Both the position numbers and the translations under genes were made by a program. A stretch of 57,886 nucleotides of DNA, the filler included, from Sphacelaria rigidula (Eukaryota): the NCBI GenBank assembly GCA_964200075.2. It is 7 parts of 7 records of this genome, joined end to end, with 100 filler letters (N's around TTAATTAATTAA, not from the genome) between each part and the next. Parts side by side here need not be neighbours in the genome. Positions count along the whole stretch, not along the records: positions 8,286 to 16,469 come from CAXNAA020011989.1; positions 16,570 to 24,753 come from CAXNAA020011990.1; positions 24,854 to 33,037 come from CAXNAA020011991.1; 4 more parts are not named here. One strand, 5' to 3'. Under the pieces are notes generated by a model. That model searched no databases and had not been told where the DNA came from. It saw only the letters and a program-made list of their open reading frames with translations. The first letter of the stretch is position 1; each line of letters begins with the position of its first letter. Shown piece after piece: positions 12,501-24,924 of the stretch.

Positions 12501-14459
12501 CAGATGGACCACCACTGCCCGTGGATGAATAACTGCGTGGGTTATCTCAACTACCGATACTTCGTGCTCTTTCTCATGTACATGTTCATCGGCTGCTGCT
12601 ACGCTGTACTCATCACCATCCCTCAGTTCCTCGCCTTGGCCGAGACCCCCCGTGTGAGACCTCCAATTCAATTTCTGTCCGCATTCACAATACTTGATGA
12701 GATACGAAAAACATGGCTTGGCGCAAGCGCCCTGGCGCTTGACAATGTGTTATTCTATTGCGAATTTTCGCGCAAAGCGCCGTTGAATAGGTGTACTCGA
12801 GGGTGTAGGATGGTATGCGGGGTCAATCTTGTCCGATCTTGAATGAGCGTGTACTTGCACGGATTTGCCCTTCAAGTGTGACTGTACGCAAGTGACACTT
12901 GCCAGTATCAGGAACTGAAATCGCAAAACAGCAGGGGATCACTATCGTTGAACAAGTTTCCGTGAAACGGACTTCGTCACGTTTATCTGTTTTTTTACGA
13001 GGCTCATGACGGCCGTGCGCAGAACTCTAATCTACGGGACGCAACTCCCGTCCCTTCGCCGTACTTGACTCTCTATCGCCGTTCTTGTTTGCACTGGAAT
13101 TATGCCGTGTCATCATTTATGTACCCCACCAAGGTTTCCAAGACCGATTTTCTCGTACGTTTCCCTCTGCCTGCAATGTGTACTGTCGGTTCTTGTGCGT
13201 CATACTTCCCGCTTTGAGAACAGCGTCGCCGCAAGCCGCATGGTCACGAGGCCAGCTCGGAGTCGGCGGTAATGATGACGTTCGTGCTCGCGATTTCCGT
13301 GGGCATTGCCATCGCTGTGCTTTTGGGCTGGCACATCTACCTCATTTTGACTGCTCAGACCACCATCGAGTTTTATCAAAACCAAACAAATCGTTCCAGG
13401 GCTAGGCAGTGGGGAGAGGTAAGCTGACGGCGTCGGTTTGTGCTTGCGGCGTTGGCTATGAGCACGATGGGCCAGTCGTGTTACTATTGTAAGCTTCTAG
13501 CTTGCGCTTGGTAGATCTCTTCTTTGGTACAGACTCGTCTGAAGCAGTCGGCACTCCACACGCCGATGTAATTGTTTTCCGAATGATGACAGCCCCCGCG
13601 GCTATTGTTGTGCCAATCCCAGCTGTGCAGGGTTTCATGTGTACACGGCGAAACGGCTAACGTCTATTTGTACCCACGATGCCAACATGCCAACATGCCA
13701 TGTCTGCGTATGCCACTGCATCAGCTGTGGTCGAACCCCTTCGATGTGGGGTGTAAGGGCAACTGGCAGCAGGTTTTCGGGCCGAAACCGTTTCTCTTGG
13801 GCTTGCTGCCCAGCAGGCGTGCCCCTCCCCCACCCGTGGTGGAGTTCTTCCCTCTCGAGGAGCGGAATACGCGACGAGAGTCGGATGTGAGTAGACATGC
13901 ACCTTTGCCTCATGGAGTGGTAAATATACATGTACTTGTTGGCGCTTTGAAACGAGACCAACAAGACTGTTGAGAATCACACCTCGTTGCCATGTACAGA
14001 GCGCGTTTCAAACCTTGTGTCTCTGTTTCATCGGCAGTCCTTGTAAAGTGCTACGCAACTAATGAGTCTATGTGGCGTTGTGCTTGCGGCATGGTGTGCT
14101 TTTTGTACGAATGTATATGCCGCTGTTTCACCCGTCTGGTGACACTTTGACACCTGTAAACAGAGTCGTTCCTGCAGGGTGACGTAGTCAAGGTATAGTA
14201 TCACCGGTCTCGCGAGTATCGATGGCTGGATACAAAGCCATGATTACATGTCTCGAGCTGCAGAGCACGTTCGAGCATATTCATACGCGAGGAAGTGTGG
14301 TGTGTTGGCGTTGCGCATGGAACCGCCGCTGGCTGTTAGCGACGGTCACATGAGGTACTGTTGCACACTCGCACACCAGTTGCTACCAGCAGTGTCTTTG
14401 GTCCATTCATTAAATCTATGTTTTATGTTCGTCCTATTTTACAGCACCTCAGCACCTAG
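9591..14459 (+). CDS. DHHC-type protein S-acyltransferase (palmitoyltransferase), ZDHHC16-like
   Basis: Phase-consistent exons: 9591-9659 ([23 protein letters not shown]), 10236-10379 (TM1), 10880-11046 (TM2, [12 protein letters not shown]), 11714-11909 ([25 protein letters not shown]), 12504-12653 ([26 protein letters not shown]3), 13224-13418 (TM4, TAQTTIEFY), 13725-13886 ([16 protein letters not shown]). A possible terminal exon is 14445-14459 (HLST*); alternatively the frame reads on to the stop at 13973. DHHC-CRD, TTxE and the C-terminal NPF...N...VFG motif are all present. The first and last exons are less certain. Confidence 0.93.
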
Positions 14460-14866
14460 GTGGTGTGACTCTCCTGGTTGTTGCCGTGGGAAAGGCGTGG
14501 TGAGCCATCTTCCTCATTCCAACTCTCGATGCTTTTGCCGCCTTCGTTCTTCCTCTGTTCGTTTCCTCGTACGTTGCAATTCTTCCAAACATCTTGGTGC
14601 AGGAAGGAGAGTGGACGGTAGATTCGCCACACAGCGCGCAGCATATGGTGTGATGCGTTACAAGCACCCACTTTTCGTCCGCCAGCGTGTTACGTCGCGT
14701 CTTGGTTTTCTGTCCTGTGTAATGGCGGAGTGAGGTGACGAGTGTAGTGTTGAGCCGCCTCACCTCACGCATGTGCGCTTCCTGCGCCAGCTGGACGTGC
14801 GTTGAATTGTTGTGTTGTACATCTCTTTATTCAATTCCGAGGTTGAGGGCGTTGATGTGTAACAAC

Positions 14867-15155
14867 GTTTTCGTGAGATTGAGAGTAGAGCGCTGATTGA
14901 GAGTGGCTTTGGTCATTCGCTTTCACTTGGCCATTTATTAATTCCGTGTGTGTGCTGTTCTTTGCCTCTATCACTAGCGTGTGCTTACAGCTACACGTCG
15001 ATATCCTACTCAGGATATCAAGGGCCTCAGTGGCAGGCTACTACAGAAAACATATCGGGCCTCGCGGAGGGGCATTTCGGAACTGAAACGATTCAGTCAC
15101 GAACTGACCGCTTTTCACTCTCAATCGTATCCTCTACACTCAATCTCACGAAAAC
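14867..15155. mobile_element. MITE-like element family B (TIR GTTTTCGTGAGATTGAGAGTAGAG)
   Basis: Inverted termini GTTTTCGTGAGATTGAGAGTAGAG ... CTCTACACTCAATCTCACGAAAAC. Related single ends at ~4563-4605 and ~24862-24913. No TSD recognised. Confidence 0.6.
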
Positions 15156-16074
15156 ATTTTTGTGTGTCAATCGTACGGCGTTCGTGCGGAACTCGTAGTT
15201 CTTTCGTTGGCCACTTGTATACCATAATATTTTTGTTGTGTTACAGTCGCCTGTCGGGAGCTACCTGGCTTCCTGCCATGGCACGGGTCGTCGAATGCCG
15301 AAATGAACACAAGGTCTTCGACATATTTGACACATCAGGTTGAAACCCGAGTGTTGCCATCGACGTTCGACCACGCGCAATCCTCCAGCGTTGTTGCTGG
15401 TTCTCGCTGCTTTCAATCGTGGAGTGTTGTACTGTACGTCACACAAGTTTGTTTCGAACCGCTGTGCGCTGAACATCTGACTGGTGAAGTCTACCTCCAT
15501 TGGCTAGGTATTTCCGCCTACAAATCTGTGCGTATTTGTAGCCGCGCTGGGTATCTTGCCATGATACGAAGGCCCCGACTTACGTCAGACGAACATCATA
15601 CTTACCCGTCGTATGCCGGAGATGGGGCACCGATGGAGTTCCGTATGCATGCACTACAGTGGTGGGAGATACACTTATTGGTACATAACCCGAAAAGAGG
15701 TATTTGACAGTACATACCCTGCAACAACGTTACATCACAATTCAAGCGTAAACATCGCTGATGGAAAATGATATTCATTCCAATTCCAATTTTCAAATTG
15801 GTTATCGTCTCAGGCTATTCCAGATTCGGCTCTAGATTTTTGTGAGGAAAAACGCTCTGGTCTTTATCGGAATACTTTTAATAAACGAGCAGAACTTTTC
15901 GGAAAACGAGCGAAACCTTTCGGAAAGCTGCTGAAAAACTGCTAAAAAATAACCCCATTATCTTGACTACAGGGTGGTACACTCAGCAGCAGACAACTCT
16001 GCAGTGGTATATGAAGTGCAGAGTACTACACTCAACACCAGACAAGGCAGTTCTGCACTGTTTTTTTATTTTCA

Positions 16075-16190
16075 GAACCTGAACACGGACCTTCTGTGTG
16101 TGTGACCCCGGTTGGTGCGCCCACATGCACGAAAGGTATAGACCGGCGTCCAGAATAAATGGGACGACAACACATACACACGCACAGTGT
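16075..16190 (-). repeat. Interspersed repeat family C fragment (homologous to 40892-41128 and 35665-35893)
   Basis: Shared text CCCATTTATTCTGGACGCCGGTCT...GGGCGCACCAACCGGGGTCACACA. Confidence 0.7.
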
Positions 16191-19100
16191 ACAAACAGAT
16201 GCCGCACAGCAGACAGCAGACAACTTGTAGTCTGCCGATGTGGGGGGGGTGTTGTCTTTTTGCAGCGGAAATTTCAAGGCGAGAATACCACCATCAAACC
16301 CAAGAACAAAGGAAAGAGGCGGATGCCCCCAACAGCAGCGGCCCAAAGTGGAGATGACTGACGAGTACCGGGAATGGAGCGCACACTACTGACGACCCAG
16401 AGCGGAAGGAGAAGGAGGAAGAGATCGTTGATCGGGGGCGGGGATGGGGTCATGGGCAGAGACGATCGGNNNNNNNNNNNNNNNNNNNNNNNNNNNNNNN
16501 NNNNNNNNNNNNNTTAATTAATTAANNNNNNNNNNNNNNNNNNNNNNNNNNNNNNNNNNNNNNNNNNNNATTCCTCCCTCCCACCCCCCCTCCTACAGCC
16601 CTGTTGTTCGTCGTGTTTCCCCCCCCCCCCCTTCCCCGCCTGATCGCAGGACCGCTCACGTACCTATCACAATTATGCGATGAGAAAGTTTACCCAACTT
16701 ACACGTACACGTATGGTTTGTGGTGGCGGGTAATCAGTGGCTTTGATTCCGTGGAGCAGACGTGTTCAACCCACCGCCCGCAAAATTCGTGTTGAACTTG
16801 GACTCGAATGAGTTTTATATCGACCACAACTTTTTGCGATAAACCGTATAAGGAGCCAGCGGACGAACAAAACATTTTTCGTGATATAACCCGCCGCACG
16901 AGGTGTAAAGAACGGTCGGCGTATGTTGCCTTGGAGAAATCGGGGGGAAAGGTCGCGGGTGAATGCACGTTCACGAGTAGACACGGGGAAATTGTTTCCC
17001 TGAGTAATGGCGTGAATGTTTGTTGGGGGGCACATACACTGACTGCACGAGTAGTCCTGGTCTACCACAAGAAGCATCAAGAAAACCGTATGAGTAGTCT
17101 CCGATCTGACACTGGTGCACGGGTCGGACGAATAAATGATTCGTCTGGAAATTACTCGATTTTAGTGCGATTGATTTGTACCGTACGAATCAATCCTTGG
17201 GCTTTGTATTCAGCGTTGCAACCCAGGTACGCGCAGCCCAGGCAGGCGGAATGGCGCAAAGGTTGCGTGGGAACCTTTTTGACCATCGGTCGACTTTTTT
17301 TCTCTCTTTCGAGAAATCAGGCCTGAAAAATCGCGGATTTGGTGATTCGAACCGGCGACGATTTTCCCGAACCGTGCACTGGTGTGCCTATTCTCGACTT
17401 CGGGGAAAATTGAAAATATGGGTGCGTCTATTTTGTGAACAAGGCTGGATCCCTCCAGGATGAGTCAATGCGCGACTGTCCATCAATCGGTGTATACTGT
17501 ATTCGTTGTGTGCGGAAATAGGTGAAGTATAAAGATTTACACAGTATGAATAGTATTCGCTGTTCATGTATTCTCGAGGGTTGTGCTCCGTTGCTCTCCA
17601 TCGTTTGATTGAATGGTTGATTGATTGTCGCACTTCAACTGATCCGCCAGGTAGTCATGATCCAGCCTTGGCCGTACGATAGGCGTGCCCGAGACACAAC
17701 AAAAGTGAAGCACACGCTGAAGAAAAGTGAAGAAAGCATAAGAGGCAGAAGGGGCAGGCCGTTTGTGCTGGTTATCCCGGGCTGTCGTGCTTATGTCTGA
17801 GTATAGTATTTATCACTCTTTTTTCGTTGTTACGACTTAGTCTGCATTGTCGTTCTCTTCGACTTTTGTTTTTCGTCTTTCTGTTCCTTCTTTTCTTCAG
17901 AGCGTGTTTGAGTTTCGTTTTCTTGGCTACGTCTATCATGGGACCACGGCTGAACCCCTGGAGGGTCACTTAAAGTGCGATAATCAATCAAATCGATCAT
18001 CATAGTAGCCGACGAGGCTCACCAACTGTCGCTCTCTTAAGCGTCGTCATCTGACGTCATCTTTCGAGTGTTTGGTGTAAACGAGGGCGGTGCTGACGCC
18101 TGCGACAGTATGCGTTTTTACGAAGAAAAGTCTTCCCCGGATACCACGTGCCGTACGTTTGTTGCAAGAAAATACGTGAAGCCAACAACAGTACCTAATA
18201 ATCCCCTCTCCCGTTGCTCCGTAGCCACCGCAATTACTGCCGCCTTTTAATTTGTACGCGAATGCGCGGAATTATTGGTACCAACAAGTGCAATGTCGCT
18301 GTTTCGACGTTGATGAATCAGATACGCTTATCATCAGCAGCAGGCGCCGTAAGGAATGGCTTCGCCACACAGACGGCGGTTCGCGGAAAGAACGCTTCTT
18401 CTTACCGTGTGGACTGAGTCTTCATCTGTTCGCGCGGAGAAATATCTGATCTGTCATGCGCACTAGTGCCGGGAAGAGTTGAGAGAGTTCCACGTCGGCT
18501 CACGTTTGGCGATGTCGAATGCCGGCATTGGTCGGCCCTGAATGGTTTGTTCGTCAGAAAGAGAGAGGGGGAATGGGCGCAGGGGTAGGGAGATGAGGAG
18601 TGCAAAAGCCGCGAAACTAGAATGGGATAAGACGTATGTGCAGTGGTAGGGTTGACTGAAGGGGGGGTGGGCGGAGGGCTCGTATCTTCCCGGCAGATAT
18701 TGTGTGTAGGGTGGAAGGAGGGGGGGGGGAGTTCGCGGCGAATGAATGGCGGCGGTCATTCGAAACAGTTGTGCACCAGCATGCGATTTTCGCGATTCAC
18801 TTTCTATGTGCATCATCGGCGTTGTTGTTTTAGTTGGTTGTTTATTTTCTGTTTCATGGTTCGTGGTGTTGCATTCTTGGCCGAAACACATACATATATA
18901 TATATATATATTGCAACAAATAATGTGTATGTCATTGTTCAGTATTGATCAGCACCATTCACGGGGTATCCTTTCTTCTATGCCGCGTCTATACTCATAA
19001 CCAAAGGTAGCGTTCAGAAAAAAAGGTATACCTCGCCAAGTAATTTTCGGGTACGATGGTCAGCGAGTTTCTCTTGTGGGGCGATGACATACCTCTGACC

Positions 19101-20015
19101 CGATATCAGTCGCTCTTGCCGATGATACGCAGTGTAACTTCTTTTGTTTACACATACACTTCGAGAAACATGAAAATAGAGCAAGCGGGCGGTCAAAGAC
19201 AGGAATATTCGACACAAGCGGGTTTCCACGCCCATTATGTACTGGTCGTGAGGCGTCACGCCCAAAATCGCCTCGATGGGTTCCAATGGCTGTATCGAGG
19301 TGCGCCTCCTCCTGGAGCAACTGACGACGCGTCTACATATAGTATTCGCCGAAGTTTTGATCCCGGTTAATCGACTCACGATCTTTCCGAGAAGTGGACG
19401 CGGATGAGCGCGCTATCGAAATGCTCACTAACACGTTTCTTGCATGTTATCGCTGACAAACACTACTACTAGCGGTGACACGAGTAGTATGGCGATATAT
19501 TGCAGTGAAATAAAAAAAAGTGCACAGATCAGTGTTTTGTAAACCCGCAAAGTGGGGCTTAGTCTACCACAGCCATCTCGGCAAGGTAAGTTGGTATCCA
19601 CGTGTACTATGCCTCACCTTTCCCGCGCCACAGTTGACCCATTCTGATTACTTTGTGTGCCTTTTCTGGGCGGCCGGGATATTTTTGTGCACACAAATCA
19701 GGTGTAATGTTGCGAATGGTATCCGCCGTATGCGTAATAGACGTTTGTAGAGGATTGGATCGCGTTCCGCGGGCCTTATTCTATTCGTCTATAGTACAGC
19801 GGGTCTTATTCCGGTAATTTGAGCGTGCGTGCTTGTTCCCAACTCGTTCACAAAGCTATGAATCAGCCAGCATTAGATTACATCCAAAGCAAGCCACCAG
19901 TCATCTACTCGAATGAATCCTTCTCGCGTTCGAGACCGTTCGACTACATGCACCAAACTGTTTCTTGTGCGCCATAGAACACATCGTCGAAAAACAGAGC
20001 GATGTTTCTGTCAAC

Positions 20016-20454
20016 AACACGGGATCTTACAAATTGGGGATGGATCATTCACTAGGGATCAGGAACCCGGAGGATCAACATCTTCGTATCCACACCAAAT
20101 TTTCGAAATATGATTCCATCTCTTCACCTACTGATAGTTATTGACAACTGCTACACGCCATGGAAATTCGGATTTCGATCACCGAAATATTGGGGTCCCA
20201 GGTGAAAAACCATTTTTGGGGAATTTCGGGTATCGGACGCCAAAATGATTCCAAAATTGGTTCTTCACCTACGACCCCAATATTTCGGTGATCGAAATCC
20301 AAACTCCCGTGGCGTGTAGTAGTTGTCAATAGCCACCAGGAGGTGAAGAGATGGAACCATATTTCGAAGATTTGGTGTGGATACGAAGATTTTAAATCTC
20401 CGGGTTTGTCATCCCCAATAAAATATCCATCCCCAAGTCGTAAGGTCCCGTGTT
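20016..20454. repeat. Long imperfect inverted repeat / foldback element (~440 bp)
   Basis: Arms of about 200 bp are reverse-complementary (e.g. ATCTTCGTATCCACACCAAAT / ATTTGGTGTGGATACGAAGAT; TTTCGATCACCGAAATATTGGGGTC / GACCCCAATATTTCGGTGATCGAAA). The six-frame track shows matching peptides on opposite strands. Confidence 0.85.
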
Positions 20455-21539
20455 CAACGCTAACGTTCTCTCGCACACACGTGCGAGCAATGCGAGCAAT
20501 GAGGGTTGCGCCAAGACCTAATCGGCGGTCAGGAGTGTTATCGTAAGTATCATACACGGCTTGCTGCCAAGACAACGGTACAGATCGCGGTCAAAGCCAT
20601 GTGGTGTAGAACCCACGATCATGGAGACTTTCTCGGCATGCCTAGGGAAGGAACAACAAGATACCGCTGGCGGTGGCTCAGCTGCTATCGACGTGATCCA
20701 CGTGGGGGTTGGCATACTGCAAGCTGTGAGCGACGGGGCGCTTCTTCGTGTACAATCGGCGCGCTCTGTGGGGAGGGGTGATGCCTCCATTTTTTCGATC
20801 GCCCCTCACACTGACGAGGCCACCGCAAGCATTTGCCTTAGGCGAGATATGATTCTATCACGATCAAGGGTGTTCTCGTAACCTGTGGACCACCTGGTGC
20901 TTCATGTGTTGTCCGCGCGGTCTAGCGCTGACGAAACAAGTCTTGTCTGAGATAGCTTGGGTTAGGCTTCAAGGAGCGCCGCAGCAGCCAGCCCACTGCT
21001 ATTGTTGCCCTCTTTGAAGCCCATACAACTCGGCTGTGCTCAGCGATGTGCACACACTGAAGTGTTTGTGTGTGCGGAGGAATGAGGGATGAGAATTAAG
21101 ATGACGTCTTTTTTCGAAAACGTCAAAATGGCTTCCAAAATCTGACAGGATGTGCTTTTCTCTGCTTCCCAAGGGCGTGAAGGAATACGATGCTGGAGTT
21201 TTTCAAACACCTCCGGAAATGACACAGAAGGAAAAGTATTTGAGGAACTCAAGTGTCTCTATTGAGTGATACTACGGTGGAGGCTGGGGGTACTTTTGGC
21301 CTTGCATGAAAATCCACCTCAAATCGTCGTTGAAAGCAGCAACGTTTGTTCGACCGCGCTTGTTACCAATAAGACATTCTTGACACTGTTTTCGCCCAAA
21401 AACAAGCGCACCGCGAGTAGCTTGCTCGTCTGACACAACTGTGAGCCCCTGTTCTTCATGGAATCGACCCCCCCCCCCCCCCCCCCCCCTCCCCCCCCTC
21501 CCGCCTATCCAGAAAATGAAGCAGCTCATTGGACACTCT

Positions 21540-21930
21540 CGTCCAAATGCAAGGTAATCAGTACGCTTCGGGTCGAACAATCCTAGCCGGATGCAGTTCA
21601 CCCTTCATGCGACTCGCCGAACACATCATAGCGCTTCGCGCTCGGCGATTATTTAAGAGTCTGGCCCGGCGAAACCCCGAAGTGGTCCATCCCGGCTTTG
21701 TTGGGGTGCGAAGTCAACGGTCACTTGACTACGGCATTCAAGATCATCCCTACCCCTACCCCCCCCTTCCCCCCCTGGGGTTGGCGTTTGCTCCGTCTCG
21801 AAAGGGATGCGTGGTCAATGGTCAAATGACTAAGGCAAGCAACAAATGAGTACGCTCCGTCCCGGCATTGTAGGGATGCGAGGTCAATGGTCTTTATGAC
21901 TATGGCATGCATGATCATGAGTACACCCCC
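21540..21930. repeat. Interspersed repeat family D (hairpin-module repeat); homologues at 37414-37481, 41990-42212, 48525-49603
   Basis: Shared blocks GGATGCAG(C/T)TCACCCTTCA(T/C)GCGACT and CTCCGTCCC..GGGATGCGAGGTCAATGGTC..CATGAGT(A/G)CACCCC. Confidence 0.75.
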
Positions 21931-22497
21931 GTTCATCGGGACGAGTCCGTGGTCTCGAGGCATCAAGGTACCTTCAAATATTCACCCACGGTACATTCCT
22001 TGCATATTGGTGTCACGGATCAGATCAGCAAACCCGCATAGCGTCGACTATCGTTAAACAAGCTCAGTCGAACTCTTATAACTATTATTTCTACTCACGT
22101 CCTCACGCTTTCGACGGTGGAAATTAGATCCGTTATTTTCGAAGAATCAGAAATCCAAATGCATCTATCGAGAAGCCAACCCAATTCTTCTAACCTAATG
22201 ACTTCAGCTGTACCATTAGGCTGCAGGGACGCGGCGGGCATACATGTTCACGTTGGTCCCCCGTCTTGTTCCCGTTTTGCCCTTCGCTCGTTCGGAAAAC
22301 GATTTTGTCGTTTGTGTGCAGCAGGTGCGGGCATGATGCAGAGAAACCCAGCGAAGTTTGCTTGGCAGCCAATTGTGCTAACTTTTCTACTTCTATTTTG
22401 CCGTCCGAAAATACGGCTCAACCGCACTTTGACGTGTCTTGTTTGCTCCTTCGCTCGTCGTGTCGTGTGGCTTCTCGACTATTGCCTCGCTTTGCAG

Positions 22498-22572
22498 GTG
22501 GGGATGCGAGATAATGCGCTGAAGGTACTAGCGGAGCACAACATGGAATTGGAAGCCGCTCCGGATTCATGA
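22498..22572 (+). CDS. Possible terminal exon of an unidentified gene (VGMRDNALKVLAEHNMELEAAPDS*)
   Basis: Pyrimidine-rich acceptor (...GCCTCGCTTTGCAG) followed by a protein-like peptide and TGA. Upstream exons not identified. Confidence 0.3.
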   Translation: MGMRDNALKVLAEHNMELEAAPDS

Positions 22573-24924
22573 TCTAAGCGGGCAGGTCCCGTGGTTGACG
22601 CAAGTAATTCGACAACAGCAAATATATATTGAAAACGACACGTACTGGGCCAGTGCAATCTGCCTCTCTTTTTCCGGGAAGGGTTCACTAAACATATCAC
22701 CAGTGCATGGTATCCCCAGTGGAAGGCATCCCCTGTGCCAATTTTGAACGAAGTAATATTTTACATTTTTGTCAGCACTACGTTTGGTTTTTAGGCCCGC
22801 ACCGAAGACACGGAATATCAAAGAAATGTATGTTCGCTCTTGGTTTTAGTCTTTGCCTTTGCATCCGTGTATCGTGCCAGTAGCTTCATTGATATTGCCT
22901 GGGCATTGAAAGTGAATCTGAGAAGGTCAGTAGTCACAACGGTCGGCCGCGTTTATGGGAGGATTGGTGGTGCCTCATGTAGCAGTTGCAGTGTTTGACA
23001 GTGGTCTTCGTTTCTTTGGCTACCCTTCTTGTGTTGATGGAAAAAACTTGCTTTTTTGTGTGTGTATGGAGGGAAGCAATTGAATCGACCGATGGAATTG
23101 TCCTTTAGAATTCCTGACGTGCGTTCTTCTGTGCTGTAAGGACGTTTAGCCTGCATGCTATACCGTTTATTATGTTCGACATTTTAGTGATTTTTTTGTA
23201 ACTAGCTGTAGATTGTAGTGACCGCTTCTCCTTTGTTCCGCAGATGCCGGACAGAATCCAGCCTGTCCTGGCAGGCCGCACAACATTTTGTTTCTCCTCG
23301 TAACATTCATATTGCTTGCCACGTTCCGAGTTGTTTGGAAGCCGCCCTAAAACGACTCGAAACGTCTTTATTTTATTTTTCACCGTGCATCCGGGTCCAC
23401 TTTTGGGACAACTCGAGAGGAGTACCTATTCAGGGCTAGAGCGAAGCTAGATCCTCCAAACATGCTAAATATGCTGAAATCTTCACGCTTCGCCCCGATT
23501 CACTGCTGCTAAGGTATTTACTTTATTTCTCTGTTGAGTCGTTGTTTCGGCGTAGGTTTTTATTCGACGAGATCCTCGGTAAAATCCAACGGTGTGGTGG
23601 TTGGGTTGAGGAGATGCGTGGCTGCCATCTGAGACATGGTGGCTCACGCTTCGCATCCGTGTACTGTACTATGCAGTTGTAGCAAGATGGAGAACGAATG
23701 CGATGAGGGAGGACGGCTTCCCTGTCCCCCAGACAGGCATCGATGAACGAGGGAAGACTTTTACAGGCGGATACAACACACATGGGGCCCCGGAAAAGTT
23801 TCGTTCCATCAAAATCTGTGTTTTCTAAGGTGCAAAGTGTTCCACGCGCATTGTTTTCTAATACAAACGGTAACTTGTCAAACTCTGTTCCGTTGTTCAA
23901 GCCCTGCCTGATGCTGATCCCGGAAAAGTTTCGTATTGCTGTTCCCTGGTTTCTTCGGATGTTTAAGTGGACCCGAAGCGGCCACCTTCCCTCAGATTTT
24001 CAAAATCGTTTTAATTTTGTGGATGCAGATGAAATAAATCAAACTCTATCGCTTTCACAGATGTTGCGACTTCGGTGCTGTTATTGTGACGATCTCTCAG
24101 CAGCAGGGGGCACGCGCGGGAAAGGAAGGTCAGGTAGCAATGATCCGGTTTGCCTGTCGTACTGCCGACCGCGTCGCGTGAAAGCCGCAAGACCCTTGCT
24201 GTCGGCGGTTGATGGCGTGGGTCTCGGATGCAACGACATGCGGTTGATCGTAGAGCACTCTCGTCTATCCTCCCAACTTGCAATAGCCCATGACCTCCTG
24301 ACATTGGAATAATTATTCCTTATGGGAACCTACTCGTACAGTACTACTGTACCGAGCTGTTCAGCGTGTGCAGCAGGTTGCAGTATGGGCTGACGCCTAT
24401 GCACCACGCTAGCAACAGCTGGGTCACGACCATAAATATATTTTTTTACTCCACATGTCAAATAAGTTTTTTCAAGTATTTGATCTCTCATACATCCCCT
24501 CAACTGGCGTGTGGCATGCTCATCTGCTCGAGCACCCCGTTAGGGGAGGCGGGCGGAAATCAACGGTGAATAACACCCCCCAAGATCAAATCGGATCTAT
24601 CTGTTATTGCCGCAGCACCGTCCTTGCTGGCATGTGTGTCACAGAGGACAGTAGTAGCGGTGACGGGAACATTGCCCTATTTTTTCTACATGTTTTTCAA
24701 CGCACAGAGGCACGTTCTGTCCAAAAGGAGAGGCAGAGAGAAATCGATCTTCGNNNNNNNNNNNNNNNNNNNNNNNNNNNNNNNNNNNNNNNNNNNNTTA
24801 ATTAATTAANNNNNNNNNNNNNNNNNNNNNNNNNNNNNNNNNNNNNNNNNNNNTTCACTGATTGACCGTTTTTCACTCTCAATCGTATCATCTACTCTCA
24901 ATCTCACGAAAACACTGTTTATGG

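Noticed and set aside
11652-12842. 396-aa ORF read as a single-exon DHHC protein or an intein-containing protein
   Set aside because: Canonical splice sites precisely restore the DHHC domain, and the insert has no Cys/Ser start or His-Asn end. Kept only as the stop-free intron finding.
23743-24312. 189-aa ORF and many other 60-190-aa six-frame ORFs
   Set aside because: No recognisable motifs or supporting splice structure; consistent with chance ORFs or antisense shadows.
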